64,000 bases of DNA from Macrostomum lignano (GCA_002269645.1 NIVC01000270.1:191347-255346); one strand, 5' to 3'; counted from the first letter of the stretch, positions 25,581 through 47,284 are shown. Notes: a model not told the origin generated them from the sequence alone. A program made the numbers and translations.

Positions 25581-27288
25581 CAAACTTGCTCTTCCCCCAA
25601 ATAGTGCATAATACCTGTCATATTAGCCAGTCCAGGTGTGAGAAGGGGTTAGCAAAATTTAATAGTAATTGCATAATATAACCTTAGATTTATAGCCGAA
25701 CTTTAAATATCAGGTGTTTTTTAATGCTACTCATGTTCCATGCTACTCATGTTGAAATAAGTAGTTTAAACTTTAAAGCACAATGCAACAAATATTTGAA
25801 TATGATTACAAAAACTTAGTAACCCACCTGGTCCTGTTGTACCTCTGCAACAGTGAACTAATCATTGCATATTGAATACAGTTAAACTTTGTGCCTCTTT
25901 AGTAGCATCTGGAAATAAGTATTAATAGAATTATAGCAAAATAATTCATATTGAAAAATGTGAGTTTGAACTGAATAATTAGTTTGGATTAATTAGCATA
26001 AAGCACAAAATGCTATACATATGATTTTTACTATCAATACCATAAGTATTAGCAAATTTTAGCATATACTTTATAATGGCTTAGTGGTACTTGCTAAATC
26101 AATTTTTTTTATGTGGTAAAGATAAGTCTAGCTAGATTCTAGACATTTTATAACAATTTAACTTAGACAATAGATTTACTTGACAACATTTGATGCATAT
26201 TTTAGCAATATTATAGTTAATAAATAAATTTGTCAATGGATAAATTGCTTACCATTCTGTTTATTCTATTTATCATAGGCCTAACCAAGAAGGCTCTTTT
26301 GATATAACAAGGTTGCATTTTCATAAAAAAACTATAGATAAAATTTAGGAGATTGTGCATATATAATAAATTAAATATCTACTAATACTAAAGCTGACAC
26401 AATGTTTGTCTATTCGTTTGTTGCAATCTTATATAAATATAGTACAATAAATCAGTATACACAAGTTGTACAAAATAATTTTGCAAATATGTTGCAAGAA
26501 GGCTCTTCAGAGACAAGTAACAAGGTTGCATTTTCATAGAAAACTTATTGCATTGGCTAGATAAAATTTAGGAGATTGTGCATATATGTAATAAATGAAA
26601 TATCTTATATAAATATAGTACAATAAATCAGCATACATAAATCTATAAAGTGCTTTTAATTATACTTGCAAATATAGCAATTTTATAAAATATAATTATT
26701 TGTTATATTGCTATAACTTTAGCCTTTGTCTAAGCCTAGCCCATAGTCAAGAAAGTGGCATTTTAATAGAATTTTTAGTACAAAAAGTATAGTATAGTAT
26801 CAATATACATTGTGCCTTATATCTTTAATAAAGTATTTATTGGCTGCTTTGTACAAAAAACCAACAAATTATAATAATATGTATTATATCATTTATATTA
26901 TGCCTAATATACGAGGGGCGTCCGGAAAGTAGTGTTACTTTTGCTTGGTGTGGACGTATGGACAGTCACACTTGCATGTGCTTGGTGTCATTTGAAAGCG
27001 GCAAGTCTCTTCTTTAAAATGACACTAATTGCAAGATATTTGAATATGTGCTTCAAGAGATATGGACGATTAAGTAGAGAAAGGTCAGTCATAGACTTAC
27101 AGAACCTCAAAAATGTCAATAGAAAACTTTTATGAGTTTATCGATTTTTTTGTAATCATGGGCTGTCTATGGCCAAATGTGATGCAGTGAACAAGAAGGG
27201 CTGTCTCATAAAACTACGGGACTTGTAAAACTGCTTCTGCTGCGCCTGCAAAGTTTATTGACATTCAATTTTCAATTGTGAACTGCAA

Positions 27289-28371
27289 ATGGATGTGCAT
27301 TCAAAGACTGGGCAGCGACATGCCATCTTTACACTTTGGAGCTCTGGAACCAAATTGGCTGACATCCACAGGCAACTTTGCACAGCTCATGGCGACCATG
27401 CTGTCAGCAAGATGACAGTAAGCAGGTGGGTGGGCGAGTTTCAGGCTGGAAGAACTGACGTGAGCGACATGCCAAGGTCCGGACGCCCTGCAATTCGCGA
27501 CAGCAGCAGCCTGACGGATCGCATTCTCGACTTGATTGATGAAGACTGCTGCCAGAGCATTCGCAAAATGGCCGATCGATTGGATTGCCCAAAGTCCACA
27601 GTTCACGAGTGCCTGCAGAAGATGAATCACGTCAAGCTGAGTGCCCGTTGGGTACCACAATTGCTCACTGAGGTCATGAAGCTGGATCGCCAGCAGAAAT
27701 GTGTGAACAACCTGGAGCTAGTCAATCAACATGGAGGATGGGAAGCCTTTCGAGAGCTGATCGTAACTGGCGACGAGACATGGGTGCCATACTTTGACCC
27801 TCCAACGAAGCAATAGTCAATGGTTTGGACCATCAGGGGATCTGATCCACCAATGAAAGCTCGCCGAGACCGGCACAGCAACAAAGTCATGCTGACTCTC
27901 TTTTTTGATTGCAATGGCCCACTGACCATCGAGTTCCTGGAGCCAAACTTGACCATCAATGCTGACCGGTATGTGACCTCCCTGACAAAACTGAAGTAAG
28001 ACATCTGCAACAAAAGACGGGGGAAAGAAAGACCCCATATCCTCCACCACGACAATGCGAGGCCGCATACTGCTGCAAAGACCATGCAAGCAATTGACCA
28101 ACTGAACTTTGAGTTGCTTCCTCACCCTCCATATTCTCCTGACCTGGCACCTGCGGACTTCGCCTTGTTTCCTGAGTTAAAGCGACAGCTTCGAGGGCGA
28201 GTTCACAACAGTCGTGATCACTTGGAGAGTGAGGTCAGGAGGATCTTGCTGCACCAGATCCCAAGAAATGTGTATGCAAATGCCATCGACAAGATGCGAG
28301 ACCGATGGGAGAAGTGCATCATGTCTCATGGTAACTACATTGAGAAGACAAGTCTACCAACCAATGAATGA
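27289..28371 (+). pseudogene. Mariner transposase with two in-frame stops (TAG 27814-27816, TAA 27997-27999)
   Basis: HTH-like N-terminus (VSKMTVSRWV…F; RSGRP), WVPQLL, VTGDETW, HDNARPH and YSPDLAPADF. 34 residues lie between the second and third catalytic Asp. One reading frame throughout. Confidence 0.92.
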
Positions 28372-28620
28372 TTTTAATGTTGTTCGCTTGTATGATAATT
28401 TGCTTGTTATCTGTTTCACCTGCTTCTGTACTGTACTATTGTGTTTTTTGTTTTTTCTGGAGTAATTACGCTTGTAATAAAAGTTTTCTGTTGACATTTT
28501 TGAGGTTCTGTAAGTCTATGACTGACCTTTCTCTACTTAATCGCCCATATCTCTTGAAGCACAGATTCAAATCTCTTGCAATTGGTGTCATTTTAAAGAA
28601 GAGACTTGCCGCTTTCAAAT

Positions 28621-29061
28621 TGAAACGAAAAATTATATGGGTTTTCCCATATTATCGTTTCCTTCTGCCAACAGTTCAGGAAGACAACGAACAATGGACC
28701 TGATGGTAACTTTCTCTGTGTGATCTCTAGAGTCACATTCTCAAACTTCAGGCAAGGATCTTTCCTCTTCAATCAGTATATTTTATAAGCTAGCACACTG
28801 TACGCGAGCAACGAGGAATAGGAGCAGTAGGGAGAGAGAGTGGGATTTCGAGGCCCAATAGGCAGTGTCGGTCAGAGGTTGTGCATGCATCACGCGAGGG
28901 TCGCATGGCTGGGCTTCTTGCTCGCCGATCATCAGGACTATTTTTAGGCATGCAGATCTTGTACATCTGGGGAGTTGCTGGCAAGGCTGGATGCTTGTTC
29001 ACGCATCACGCGCGTGTCGGCTGATTTCTCCCATCCTCTTGCTAACGGCGCCTTCGTTTCA
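28621..29061. mobile_element. 441-bp insert in the mariner right TIR with short terminal inverted repeats TGAAACGAA
   Basis: Begins TGAAACGAA and ends TTCGTTTCA; flanked by CTTTCAAAT / CTTCAAAAT (imperfect 9-bp duplication). Confidence 0.5.
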
Positions 29062-30942
29062 CTTCAAAATGACACCAAGCACATGCAAGTGTGACTGTCC
29101 ATACGTCCACACCAAGCAAAAGTAACACTACTTTCCGGACGCCCCTCGTAGATATTGTTTAGTTAAAATAATTAGAAATCTCTATTTTAAAAAGCCAAAT
29201 ATAGTATATATAGGTGGAGGTCATTTTAGTAATAGACATTTTATGACAAAGTTATTTTGGTAACAATTTGCTTCTATTTTAAACATGCTTCAACTTTGGA
29301 TAAAAAGTTTTTTATTATTACATGTAGATAACTAGGCCTAGACATTATGTTATTAGACATTATTAGAAAGATTGCAACAATAGAATAAAGAAACTTTTTG
29401 TTACAACAATGTAGGACTCTTTTTGTATTATGACATTGTATGTTTTGTAAGCTAACAGCTATGTTATACATTGGCTGTAACACAATTTTCTAGCAGATTG
29501 TTCTATATACTAGATATTTTAGACCAACCATTTTTGCATCTATTGTATACCCATATTTTCTAGTATATATGTAACACTTAAGAATGGAGGCTTAATGGCT
29601 TTGCTTTTAAATGCAAATACTTTGTTTTACTGTATGGCTTATTAACAAATGCAATATTCAATATTTTTTTTAAAAATCACAAGTTTTTTTGAACAAATAA
29701 AAGCATATAAACATTTTAGAGTTGCTTAAGTTTTCTAGAAATGTGCATGCAAGTACACAAGTTTTTGTCAATGTGCATAGACCATAGTCAGGAAAGTGTC
29801 TTATAGGCCCTATGCCATAATTTTCCGGCATGCATTAGCCTTGCATAATTCATTAGCATATATATTTGGCATGTTTAAATCTTAAAAAGTTGTTTTGACA
29901 TATAAAAAGGTAGTATAAAAAGCAATTTGAAAATAGATGCAAGTATCTTACAGTTTCTATAACAAAAAGTAGAACATATCAAAGAAAAATGTAAGTAGTT
30001 AAGAGATAATGAAAATGCAAACAAAAAATAGAAATTGGATATGATAGTGCTATTTTAAAGAATTTAGATACTAGAACTTTGAGAAATTGCAAGTTTTTAT
30101 AAAGGAGTAATAGACACACAATTATTTTGTTACAATGTATATATAAACATTAAATATAACAATAGAAAAAGGTCCTCTATTGTTATAATGGAAAAGTGAA
30201 GTTGCATCATTTTGATACATATGTAATGAAATTATAGCTTGATTTTGAATATTGTACTTTATTTGGAATTTCTTATAGTTTTATATAGTATTTATATTAT
30301 TTTCCATATATATCCCTTATTCTGTAATTGTAGTAGTATATTCTTACATTATGTACTTATTTTGTTATTATTTAGTTTATATAAAATATATTCAAATTGG
30401 AAAGAGCATTGTGCTGGGACAGTTAGACAGTCTACTTGGGCTACTTGGGCTACTGGGTTGTGAGTCACCGCTTAGCTTAGCATCTTCTTAATAATAGCAG
30501 TCATTGGTATTGTGATTTAGCATTGGAGTCTTAGGTTTATCCAATTTGTTAATAAAAGCACCCAACTAACTAAGTAGTTATTATAGTTGCGGTCAATTGT
30601 TCCAGTGCTCGCTCAGATTATTAATTAGCGTATTGAACTACTTGACTTAACTACTTAACTTAAATTACTCAGTTGCTATACTTGTTAATTGACTTTTATT
30701 TTTTTTGGAGAAAATAATTGCAACCACACCTATAGTTTCTAACTCTCTATATCCTATTACAGCATTACACATGCGAGCCCAGCATTTAGAGAAAATTCAA
30801 ACGAGACCTAAACCAAACCACTTTCTTTACACATATGACATAAGTCAAATTTCCAAGTTTGGCATACTTGATGTACATCTAAAATTTTGCCCAAAAACTT
30901 TTGGCATACACTAGACACTTTCATGTCAATGGTGCATAGAGT

Positions 30943-31635
30943 GGGGTGCCACCGAATTCGTCAACATTTAATTCATCAACTCTATTGACGAATTTGGCTA
31001 CCTTAATAGGCACTATTGACGAATTTGGTTATCTGAGTAGGCCTGTCCAATATACATGCAGTCTACAAAAATATACTGAAGAAATGAAATTAAAAAAAGA
31101 TGAAAGCCAATTTCAAAAGTAAAACGAAGGCGAATGCATGGATATACAAACCCATGGTTATTTGTGTATTCATTGTTTATGCAAAAATATAAAGTTAAAA
31201 TTGCAGTTAAAACGAAACAAAAAGAGTTCTTAGAAATGAGATTATTTTTTAGAAACAATAAGAGTCTGAATAAGTAAAAAACTAAAATGAAAAAACTAAA
31301 AATTGAATGCAGCATGCTGCACCTTTGGAGAAGCTCTACAGATGTCAGCTCCTGATCGTCATACCTGCGGTACAGTGATTTCAATCGATCGTCTGTGCAT
31401 TCTGATGTACGAAGGCTCTTCAATCTTCCAAATATACTATCTTTCTATATACTAAATATTTAAATTTAAAAGAAATTTACATTATTGAGATACAAAACAA
31501 CTTTTAGTAATTCTGCCTCATTTTGTTGACGAATTCTCTTAGCTTGTTTTAACTATTGACAAATTTGACTTCTTCCAATTTCTCAAATTTTAGGTCTTTT
31601 GACGAATTAGATATTGACGAATTCAGTATAACCCC
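30943..31635 (-). mobile_element. Non-autonomous GGGG…CCCC foldback element with subterminal TTGACGAATT repeats; retains a possible MULE-type transposase C-terminus
   Basis: GGGGTGCCACCGAATTCGTCAA vs reverse complement GGGGTTATACTGAATTCGTCAA; imperfect 7-8 bp flank (ATAGAGT/ATAGAAT). The minus-strand peptide RLKSLYRRYDDQELTSVELLQRCSML resembles Mutator-like transposase tails (inference). Confidence 0.65.
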
Positions 31636-31829
31636 ATAGAATGTGTCTAGGATTTTGTACAAAAATTCTATCCTAAGCCCTAAGGCCTAGGGTAAGCAAA
31701 ATATCTATAGCCAAAATGATTTAAAGGGAACAACCAGAAGAACATGTATATAAATAAGAACAAAAATTCATTTTGATTCATTTTTTAGTTTAGGAACTGG
31801 TGCAGTGGCACTAGGGGGTTGCTAGATAT

Positions 31830-33060
31830 GGTTCCGGCCGAAGTCGTCATATTCGAGATCGTCATCTGCGGCTTATGAGAAAAACAACTAAATTATCTAA
31901 ATCGTCATCATCTCAGTATTGGACAATGCTGCATTCACTAAATTGTCATATTGTGTTGCATTGGCTGCACAAGGATCTTAGCTCATGGCGGCAGTGTGTT
32001 CTTGTTTGCCAACAAATTAAAACAATTTACAGTCAGTAGCGCAACCAGAAATTTTTCAAGGGGGGGGACGGATTCTGAGGGTAAAGTCCCAGGAGGGGGG
32101 GCGGCGGAGGGGTGGCTCTGTTTTTGGCAAAAATTTGCTTGGTCCCCCCTTTGATTTTTTTTCGGTCCCCCGCCTAAGGGGGGGGGGCGACCGCCCCTCC
32201 TCCTAGTTGCGCCACTGTTTACAGTGTATTCTCAGTAGTCATGTGTGGCAGTCGGGTGCCACTTAATTGATATTTGAAGTAATAACCATTACTCTAATAA
32301 CTCATTTAAAAGGAAAACTGCTACAAAAGTTTAATTTTTGTCCGCTCATTGTTCAATTTTTGTCACATTTCTATTGACTGGAAGTTCCAGAAATTGTTCT
32401 GTTCTTCCTTTGATTGGAAAAGTAGGTCTTGGTCAAATCTTGGTCAAAACTTTTGTTTTAATTTTGTTGCTTGCATGTTTGTGAGCCGTTCCATCGGTAG
32501 TCTCCACGCATGGGATTTTTGGTCCAGTAGTGTGTCCAGCAACCAGCGGCAACCCCACCCGTTGATTGTAACCTTTTTTAATATTTATATTGCCTTGATG
32601 TGCCGCCTAATTTTCAACCCCCTTTTTCCTTTTTCTTTTTCTTGTCTTTTTCCTTTTGCGTTTGACAGTTTAGTTCAAATTTATTTATTAGTTTTGCGCA
32701 CTTTAGACTTGTTAGTTTTATTTTATAGTTTTATTAGATTTATTAGACTTGAGAACCCGGCTGTCGGAGTAAGCAGGAGAAAGAAAATTTCGTTGTGATT
32801 CCTCTGCGCGATTTCTCCAGATTAATTCGCGCGAACGCAACGCCAACCCAGCAATTAATTGAATCAGCATTAATTGACACAGTTAATATAAAAATTGGGT
32901 GCATATGCAAGGGATTTTTGCCCGAAGGTAGAAAAATCCAAAATGAATACACCCTTGCCTTTGGTCAAAGTCGTCATATTTAAATGTTTAAGTCTTCGAG
33001 ATTTGTTCAAGTCGTCATCATCATATGACGATTTTGAATATGACGATTTCGGCTGCACCC
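31830..33060. mobile_element. Non-autonomous GG…CC element with subterminal GTCGTCAT repeats
   Basis: GGTTCCGGCCGAAGTCGTCATATTC vs reverse complement GGGTGCAGCCGAAATCGTCATATTC; flanks GCTAGATAT / ACTAGATAT (9 bp, 1 mismatch). Confidence 0.75.
32034..32217. mobile_element. hAT-type MITE (184 bp) nested in the previous element
   Basis: TIR CAGTAGCGCAACCAG / CAGTGGCGCAACTAG; perfect 8-bp TSD TTTACAGT at 32026-32033 and 32218-32225. Confidence 0.85.
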
Positions 33061-35280
33061 ACTAGATATTGATATTGAGATAGATTAGACAGAAAAGATC
33101 CACAAATTTTGAAGTAAACAAGAACCATTAGGCATAATACTTATAGATTAAGATTAAGATTAAGATCTTTTTTATGTTTGTCTAAATATCTGCAGGGAAA
33201 CCAATACATTTAAGAAACTAGGCAGCCTATGCTTAGGCCTATTTTAATACCAATAATGTCAATAGATTCTTCAAGAACTTAAGAAGCACAAGAACAATAA
33301 TTAGAATAGGGCCTAGGTAATTTCTAGTCAAGAAAAACTACAAATAGAACCAGAAAAGTGTTTTAAATGATAAACAATGAAAACTGACAATAATAAACCA
33401 ATGAACTTTGACTGGCAACGTAGACTGGAATGAGCCGGATCAAGTACGGCCGATTTTTGTACAAGAAATAATACATACTTCATATCTGCCTTGTGAGTCA
33501 GCAAAGCTGCAAGAAAAACTCCAAAAAATTGCAAAAAATTATAAATAATAAGTTTTTATAAAAAAATTCATGCATACTTTTCTATTTTTTAGTAATGTTA
33601 CATTGTATTATATTTAATTTGTTATAACTTTTTAAATGTAACCGTAAATTTGTAATTAATTTTATACACTGTGCAGGTGTTAAAGCGGTAAATAATTTTA
33701 TGAACTTGTTAATGAAAGTATCATTGAAAGCTTTATAGGCCCCTTAGTTGAACAACTTTTCTAATTGTAAAACAACAATTAAGTAGCAGCATATATTTTT
33801 CCTGTTCAATCCAAAGGGGTTTCTTAATAATTAACCTAATTAATGAAAAACTTGCTTTCTAAGTCAAACTGAAATTTTACGACGATGCATTTTATTTTTG
33901 TGAAATTTTAGCATAGTGCGTTTCCTTAATTCTAAAAATTTGCTGGGAAATGTGGCGACCACCCAACCACCGCCCCCCCCCCCCCCCAATCGGAGGTTGC
34001 TGCTGCATGCGCTGCCACTTTATATACATTGTTTTGAAAAATGCAACCGAAAACCGGCAAGCAAGCTAAAGAAAGCAGCATACAAGGACGACATCTTGTC
34101 CTGGATAACATATCTTTGAAAAATTGATTCACACAACAACATTTTGAATGTAATTGTCGCGGCCGCTACTCTTGCATGCAGTATACCTATAAGGACTACC
34201 ATCTTTCAAACTGTATGTACATGTACATTGTAGAACACTGTATTTTCAATGAAAACTCCGACATGTGTATTTTTACTATGAGAAACTGATACTTCTATAA
34301 TTGACAAAGCATTTCATAGCGAGAAACGGGTCTCCAGTGAAATCTGCTGACTGTTTTATACATGTATGACTTGTGAGTGCAGTTATATACACATTTGTAC
34401 TGCATCTGCTTTAGTTTTCTAGTCAAGTACTTATTTTTGTGCTGAGGATAAAGATAAACAATGAATCTTACTCGCGATTTAACGCCACAATAAATGAACT
34501 AATGCCAACATACGAGCTCCTGTATTGTAGTAAGCCCAAAAAGCTATCTATACACTATTGGTTGGCAAACTGCAATGTGAACAGAAACAACTGCACCTGA
34601 CTTTTTTAAACTTAAAAAGTACGAGTGTTTAACTTGGCGATTGTACATGTAAATCACCTTCCACCAATTGAAGTACATACGCGTACATACGTATAAATAT
34701 ACATGGAGGAGTAAAAGTCATATTCGCAGTCATTCACGAATAATAACTATAAATACGCTCGTACAGATATGCAGTTGAAGCGGAAATAATACGAAGTATG
34801 TTTCAAATTAAATAATTTCTAACTGAATTAATTATTAATCCATAAATAAATTGAGTTTCACTGTATGATTAACTATTTCGTTAGAGAACAAATACCATCT
34901 CTTAAGAAATTTTATTGTTAATGATCGAAGTCCGACAACACATTCTAGGGCCTGAAATCTAAGGATTAACCGAGTGTCGCGTGGACACTTTAAAGTTTAA
35001 AGTTAGTTTTAAGTATAAAACTTTAATCACGAATATTGTAACTCGTAAATTAATCATCTTCAACTACCAAACGGCCGACACCTGTATAAAAGCAAATTAA
35101 CTGTCGATCATCTCTTCGGGCCCAATGCTTAGTAAGAGTATTATGGGCGTCTTGTATGGGGCATCTTGTACGAGCGTATGGGGCGTCTTGTATGGGGTTG
35201 GTGTCTAATGAGGTCGCGATGCGCTGTCCTTGTATGGGGCGGTGTTCCTGGCTTAGCTTTCAATGCTGTCAGTCTCAAGG

Positions 35281-37769
<2,489 letters not shown>

Positions 37770-37794
37770 GTTGTTGTCTTGATTTCTTACTGAA

Positions 37795-38850
<1,056 letters not shown>

Positions 38851-40129
38851 GATAACGATAACTAAATAACGAATTCGATACAATACAGTACGGTTCGATA
38901 GGCGAGTGAGACGATGTAAGATGCGTATGATGGCGTACCTCAACTAATGCACATATTCGACTGGAACTGCTTTCACCCCAAGTTTGGCTCAAGGACTAGA
39001 TAAACAATCTAGAAACTAGACATGGCTGCAGGCCAGGTGTGAGATTAGAGGAAAGAGGAGATAGATGCGAGAAGAGACACAAACCTTGAACCGCGGATTG
39101 CCTATGAGAAGTTTCAAAGGAATCAAGGGCCGGATAAAGGAGGCAGGCATGAGTTTCCCTACCCCTGGACTACAGGAACAACTGATTGATTAAGAACGGT
39201 CTCTAGATCAAGATGAGAGTTTACAGACGACCCGCGAGACGTGTCTGCCTAGTGATTAATGTACATATAGAAAGTCTGCGATTTATGCAGCTTCAATTTA
39301 AGAAATGGCAAAAAGGCAAGCGGGGCGGACGCAGGATTTTTTCCAAGGGGGGTCTGTTGACCCCTGCCTCATCTACCTCTACTCCGCATCCGCCCCTGTC
39401 AACCCACAGTACCAGCTTGTCACTTGCAGCTATTCTATAATCTGTTTTGTACAATTTTATACACTGCGTACAGTTGCATGTACAGGCAGCAGCATTGAGC
39501 CATGCAGATAATCAGAGATAAACAGGGATTTGGATCGGTAAGTCTCCAACAAAAAAATTGATAGAATATAGAGAGCATTTTCAATGGATTTTCGAAGGAT
39601 TTTTTCTCTGTTACACAGAGCTCCGCACGAAACAGTTGGGGCGAATCGGAGATAAGGAGGCATAAAGGATGAAATCCAGCTTACCTGGCTGATCTGCTGC
39701 CGACTTGAATAGGATTCCTCTGAGCTGATAATCTTTTCCAGGATTATTAGCTGGCCCTGCTGGCTCCTAACTGAGAGGCCGGGGAAGCTTAGCGAAAATC
39801 CCTTTTTGAGATTGAGATGCCTCAAAGGCCAGGGTCCAATGAGGGAGCGATAGCGGCTTTGGTCTTGGCCAATGGGATTTCTACCGGCTGTTGCTAACGG
39901 CTGTGGGCGGGGGGGGGCGCAACGCAACAAAACAAAGGGGAGGAAAATTAATTGCTTTTAGGGATTAATGCGGCCTTGTCTGTCCTCCCCTGCTAGGGGG
40001 AAGTCTCCCCTCAGCGCAAGCTGTTGCCTCTTGCAACCGCTTGGCCAAGGAGATCCAAATTCAACCTCTGGATTGTGTGCCGACTCCAGTATTTGTGTTA
40101 GCGTGGTTTAAGTTTAGCGCCACAAGCGA

Positions 40130-40535
40130 GATCTTGGCGCCAATTTTTAGACACCACAAACGATCGATCTTAGCGCCAATTTTTAGACACCACAAACGAG
40201 ATCTTAGCGCCAATTTTTAGACACCACAAACGAGATCTTAGCGCCAGTTTTTAGACACCACAAACGAGATCTTAGCGCCAATTTTTAGACACCACAAACG
40301 AGATCTTAGCGCTAATTTTTAGATACCACAAACGATCGATCTTAGCGCCAATTTTTAGACACCACAAACGAGATCTTAGCGCCAATTTTTAGACACCACA
40401 AACGAGATCTTAGCGCCAATTTTAGACACCACAAACGATCGATCTTAGCGCCAATTTTAGACACCACAAACGATCGATCTTAGCGCCAATTTTTAGACAC
40501 CACAAACGATCGATCTTAGCGCCAATTTTTAGACG
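40130..40535 (+). repeat. 34/36-bp minisatellite TCTTAGCGCCAATTTTTAGACACCACAAACGAGA
   Basis: Direct inspection. Confidence 0.95.
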
Positions 40536-41242
40536 CCTCAAGCGCTTATTGTAGAGTCAACTCCAGAGTTTCTATCGCTAAATCAAACCCCCTTGGCAAT
40601 CCCGGACGCCGGGTGATCTCCAGAGGCAATCAAAACAACAGCAGCAGTCTCGGCCCGGCCACCCCACGTGGCCGTCTCCATAAATGGGAGAAAAATCCCT
40701 CAACTTGCTTCGAGATCACACGCCCATATAGATAGCTTGTAGAATAGAAGCGATTATGAAGACCCAGCAGACCCAGCACAAGACAATCTGTTGCCACACT
40801 TGCGTGCGATATCTCAGCTTTTTTGAGCACACATGCAGCTCAGAATTATGCGGGATGGCTGGGGAGCAGGGCCCGGGGGTTAAGGACAGGAGGCAACAGC
40901 TCGCGTAGAAAAATCTTCTGAAATATTTTTTTGTCTATATAGCTGCATCAGGGACTGCTAACGAGTGTAAATACCTGGATTGAACCCCCCGCGACCGCTC
41001 CCGTGATTGTCTAGAAGTGGTCTCTAAGGACCTCAACCAAAAATTCTCTGTTTACAGACGGCAGTTTTAATATTTAGATTAGAAATGTTGACTGACTGTC
41101 ACTAACCATGTGCCATTCACAGCCATGAAGGCTGAAGCTGAGAACTGAAGTCGAATTTGAAAAAATTGGAGAATTTAGCTTTAAAATTAAACAGAAATTA
41201 TGCAAATATGCTGAAAAAGAACGAAGTTTGATGCTGAAATTA

Positions 41243-42770
41243 TGACACTCCAAATCATCAACTCCTGACACTTCAAATCATCAACTCCTGACACTCCAAA
41301 TCATCAACTCCTGACACTCCAAATCATCAACTCCTGACACTCCAAATCATCAACTCCTGACACTCCAAATCATCAACTCTCTGAGACTCCAAATCATCAA
41401 CTCTCTGACACTCCAAATCATCAACTCTCTGACACTCCAAATCATCAACTCTCTGACACTCCAAATCATCAACTCTCTGACACTCCAAATCATTAACTCT
41501 CTGACACTCCAAATCATCAACTCCTGACACTCCAAATCATCAACTCCTGACACTCCAAATCATCAACTCCTGACACTCCAAATCATCAACTCCTGACACT
41601 CCAAATCATCAACTCTCTGACACTCCAAATCATCAACTCTCTGACACTCCAAATCATCAACTCTCTGACACTCCAAATCATCAACTCCTGACACTCCAAA
41701 TCATCAACTCTCTGACACTCCAAATCATCAACTTCTGACACTCCAAATCATCAACTCCTGACACTCCAAATCATCAACTCTCTGACACTCCAAATCATCA
41801 ACTCTCTGACACTCCAAATCATCAACTCTCTGACACTCCAAATCATCAACTCTCTGACACTCCAAATCATCAACTCCTGACACTCCAAATCATCAACTCT
41901 CTGACACTCCAAATCATCAACTCTCTGACACTCCAAATCATCAACTCCTGACACTCCAAATCATCAACTCCTGACACTTCAAATCATCAACTCTCTGACA
42001 CTCCAAATCATCAACTCTCTGACACTCCAAATCATCAACTCTCTGACACTCCAAATCATCAACTCTCTGACACTCCAAATCATCAACTCTCTGACACTCC
42101 AAATCATCAACTCTCTGACACTCCAAATCATCAACTCCTGACACTTCAAATCATCAACTCTCTGACACTCCAAATCATCAACTCCTGACACTCCAAATCA
42201 TCAACTCTCTGACACTCCAAATCATCAACTCCTGACACTCCAAATCATCAACTCCTGACACTCCAAATCATCAACTCCTGACACTCCAAATCATCAACTC
42301 TCTGACACTTCAAGTCATCAACTCTCTGACACTCCAAATCATCAACTCTCTGACACTTCAAGTCATCAACTCTCTGACACTCCAAATCATCAACTCTCTG
42401 ACACTCCAAATCATCAACTCCTGACACTCCGAATCATCAACTCCTGACACTCCAAATCATCAACTCTCTGACACTCCAAATCATCAACTCCTGACACTCC
42501 AAATCATCAACTCCATGACACTCCAAATCATCAACTCCTGACACTCCAAATCATCAACTCCTGACACTCCAAATCATCAACTCTCTGACACTCCAAATCA
42601 TCAACTCCTGACACTCCAAATAATCAACTCCATGACACTCCAAATCATCAACTCCTGACACTCCAAATCATCAACTCTCTGACACTTCAAGTCATCAACT
42701 CTCTGACACTCCAAATCATCAACTCCTGACACTCCAAATCATCAACTTCTGACACTCCAAATCAACTCTA
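41243..42770 (+). repeat. 23/24-bp minisatellite CTGACACTCCAAATCATCAACTC(T)
   Basis: Direct inspection. Confidence 0.95.
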
Positions 42771-42969
42771 TCGCTTCAAGCCCCAAGAGTCTGGACTGTC
42801 GCCATGGCAACAGTGCCTACTAACTACCGCCCCCTAATCAGCCAATGCTGCAGATCCGATGTCAAGCCAAAAAGTTGTTTACCTGATCGGCATGTATAAA
42901 GTGGCCTTTCGCACAGCGGGCTTAATTTATTAAAATTTCATTGGCACAATTCTTTTATTGACAGACAGC

Positions 42970-47284
<4,315 letters not shown>

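Larger units (their letters stand above)
26912..29148 (+). mobile_element. Mariner (D34D) DNA transposon with long (~222 bp) TIRs; right TIR split by a 441-bp insert
   Basis: TA TSD at 26910-26911 and 29149-29150; ends CGAGGGGCGTCCGGAAAG. Left 26912-27133 pairs with 29148-29070 plus 28620-28477. Confidence 0.95.

Noticed and set aside
39320-39398. Short GGGGCGGA…TCCGCCCCTG inverted pair (hAT-MITE-like)
   Set aside because: Left end is degraded and no TSD was found; too weak to call.
39000-41200. Moderately GC-rich unique sequence with a 157-aa minus-strand ORF, possibly a retroelement remnant
   Set aside because: No motif recognised in the frames I translated; needs a tBLASTx or HMM search.
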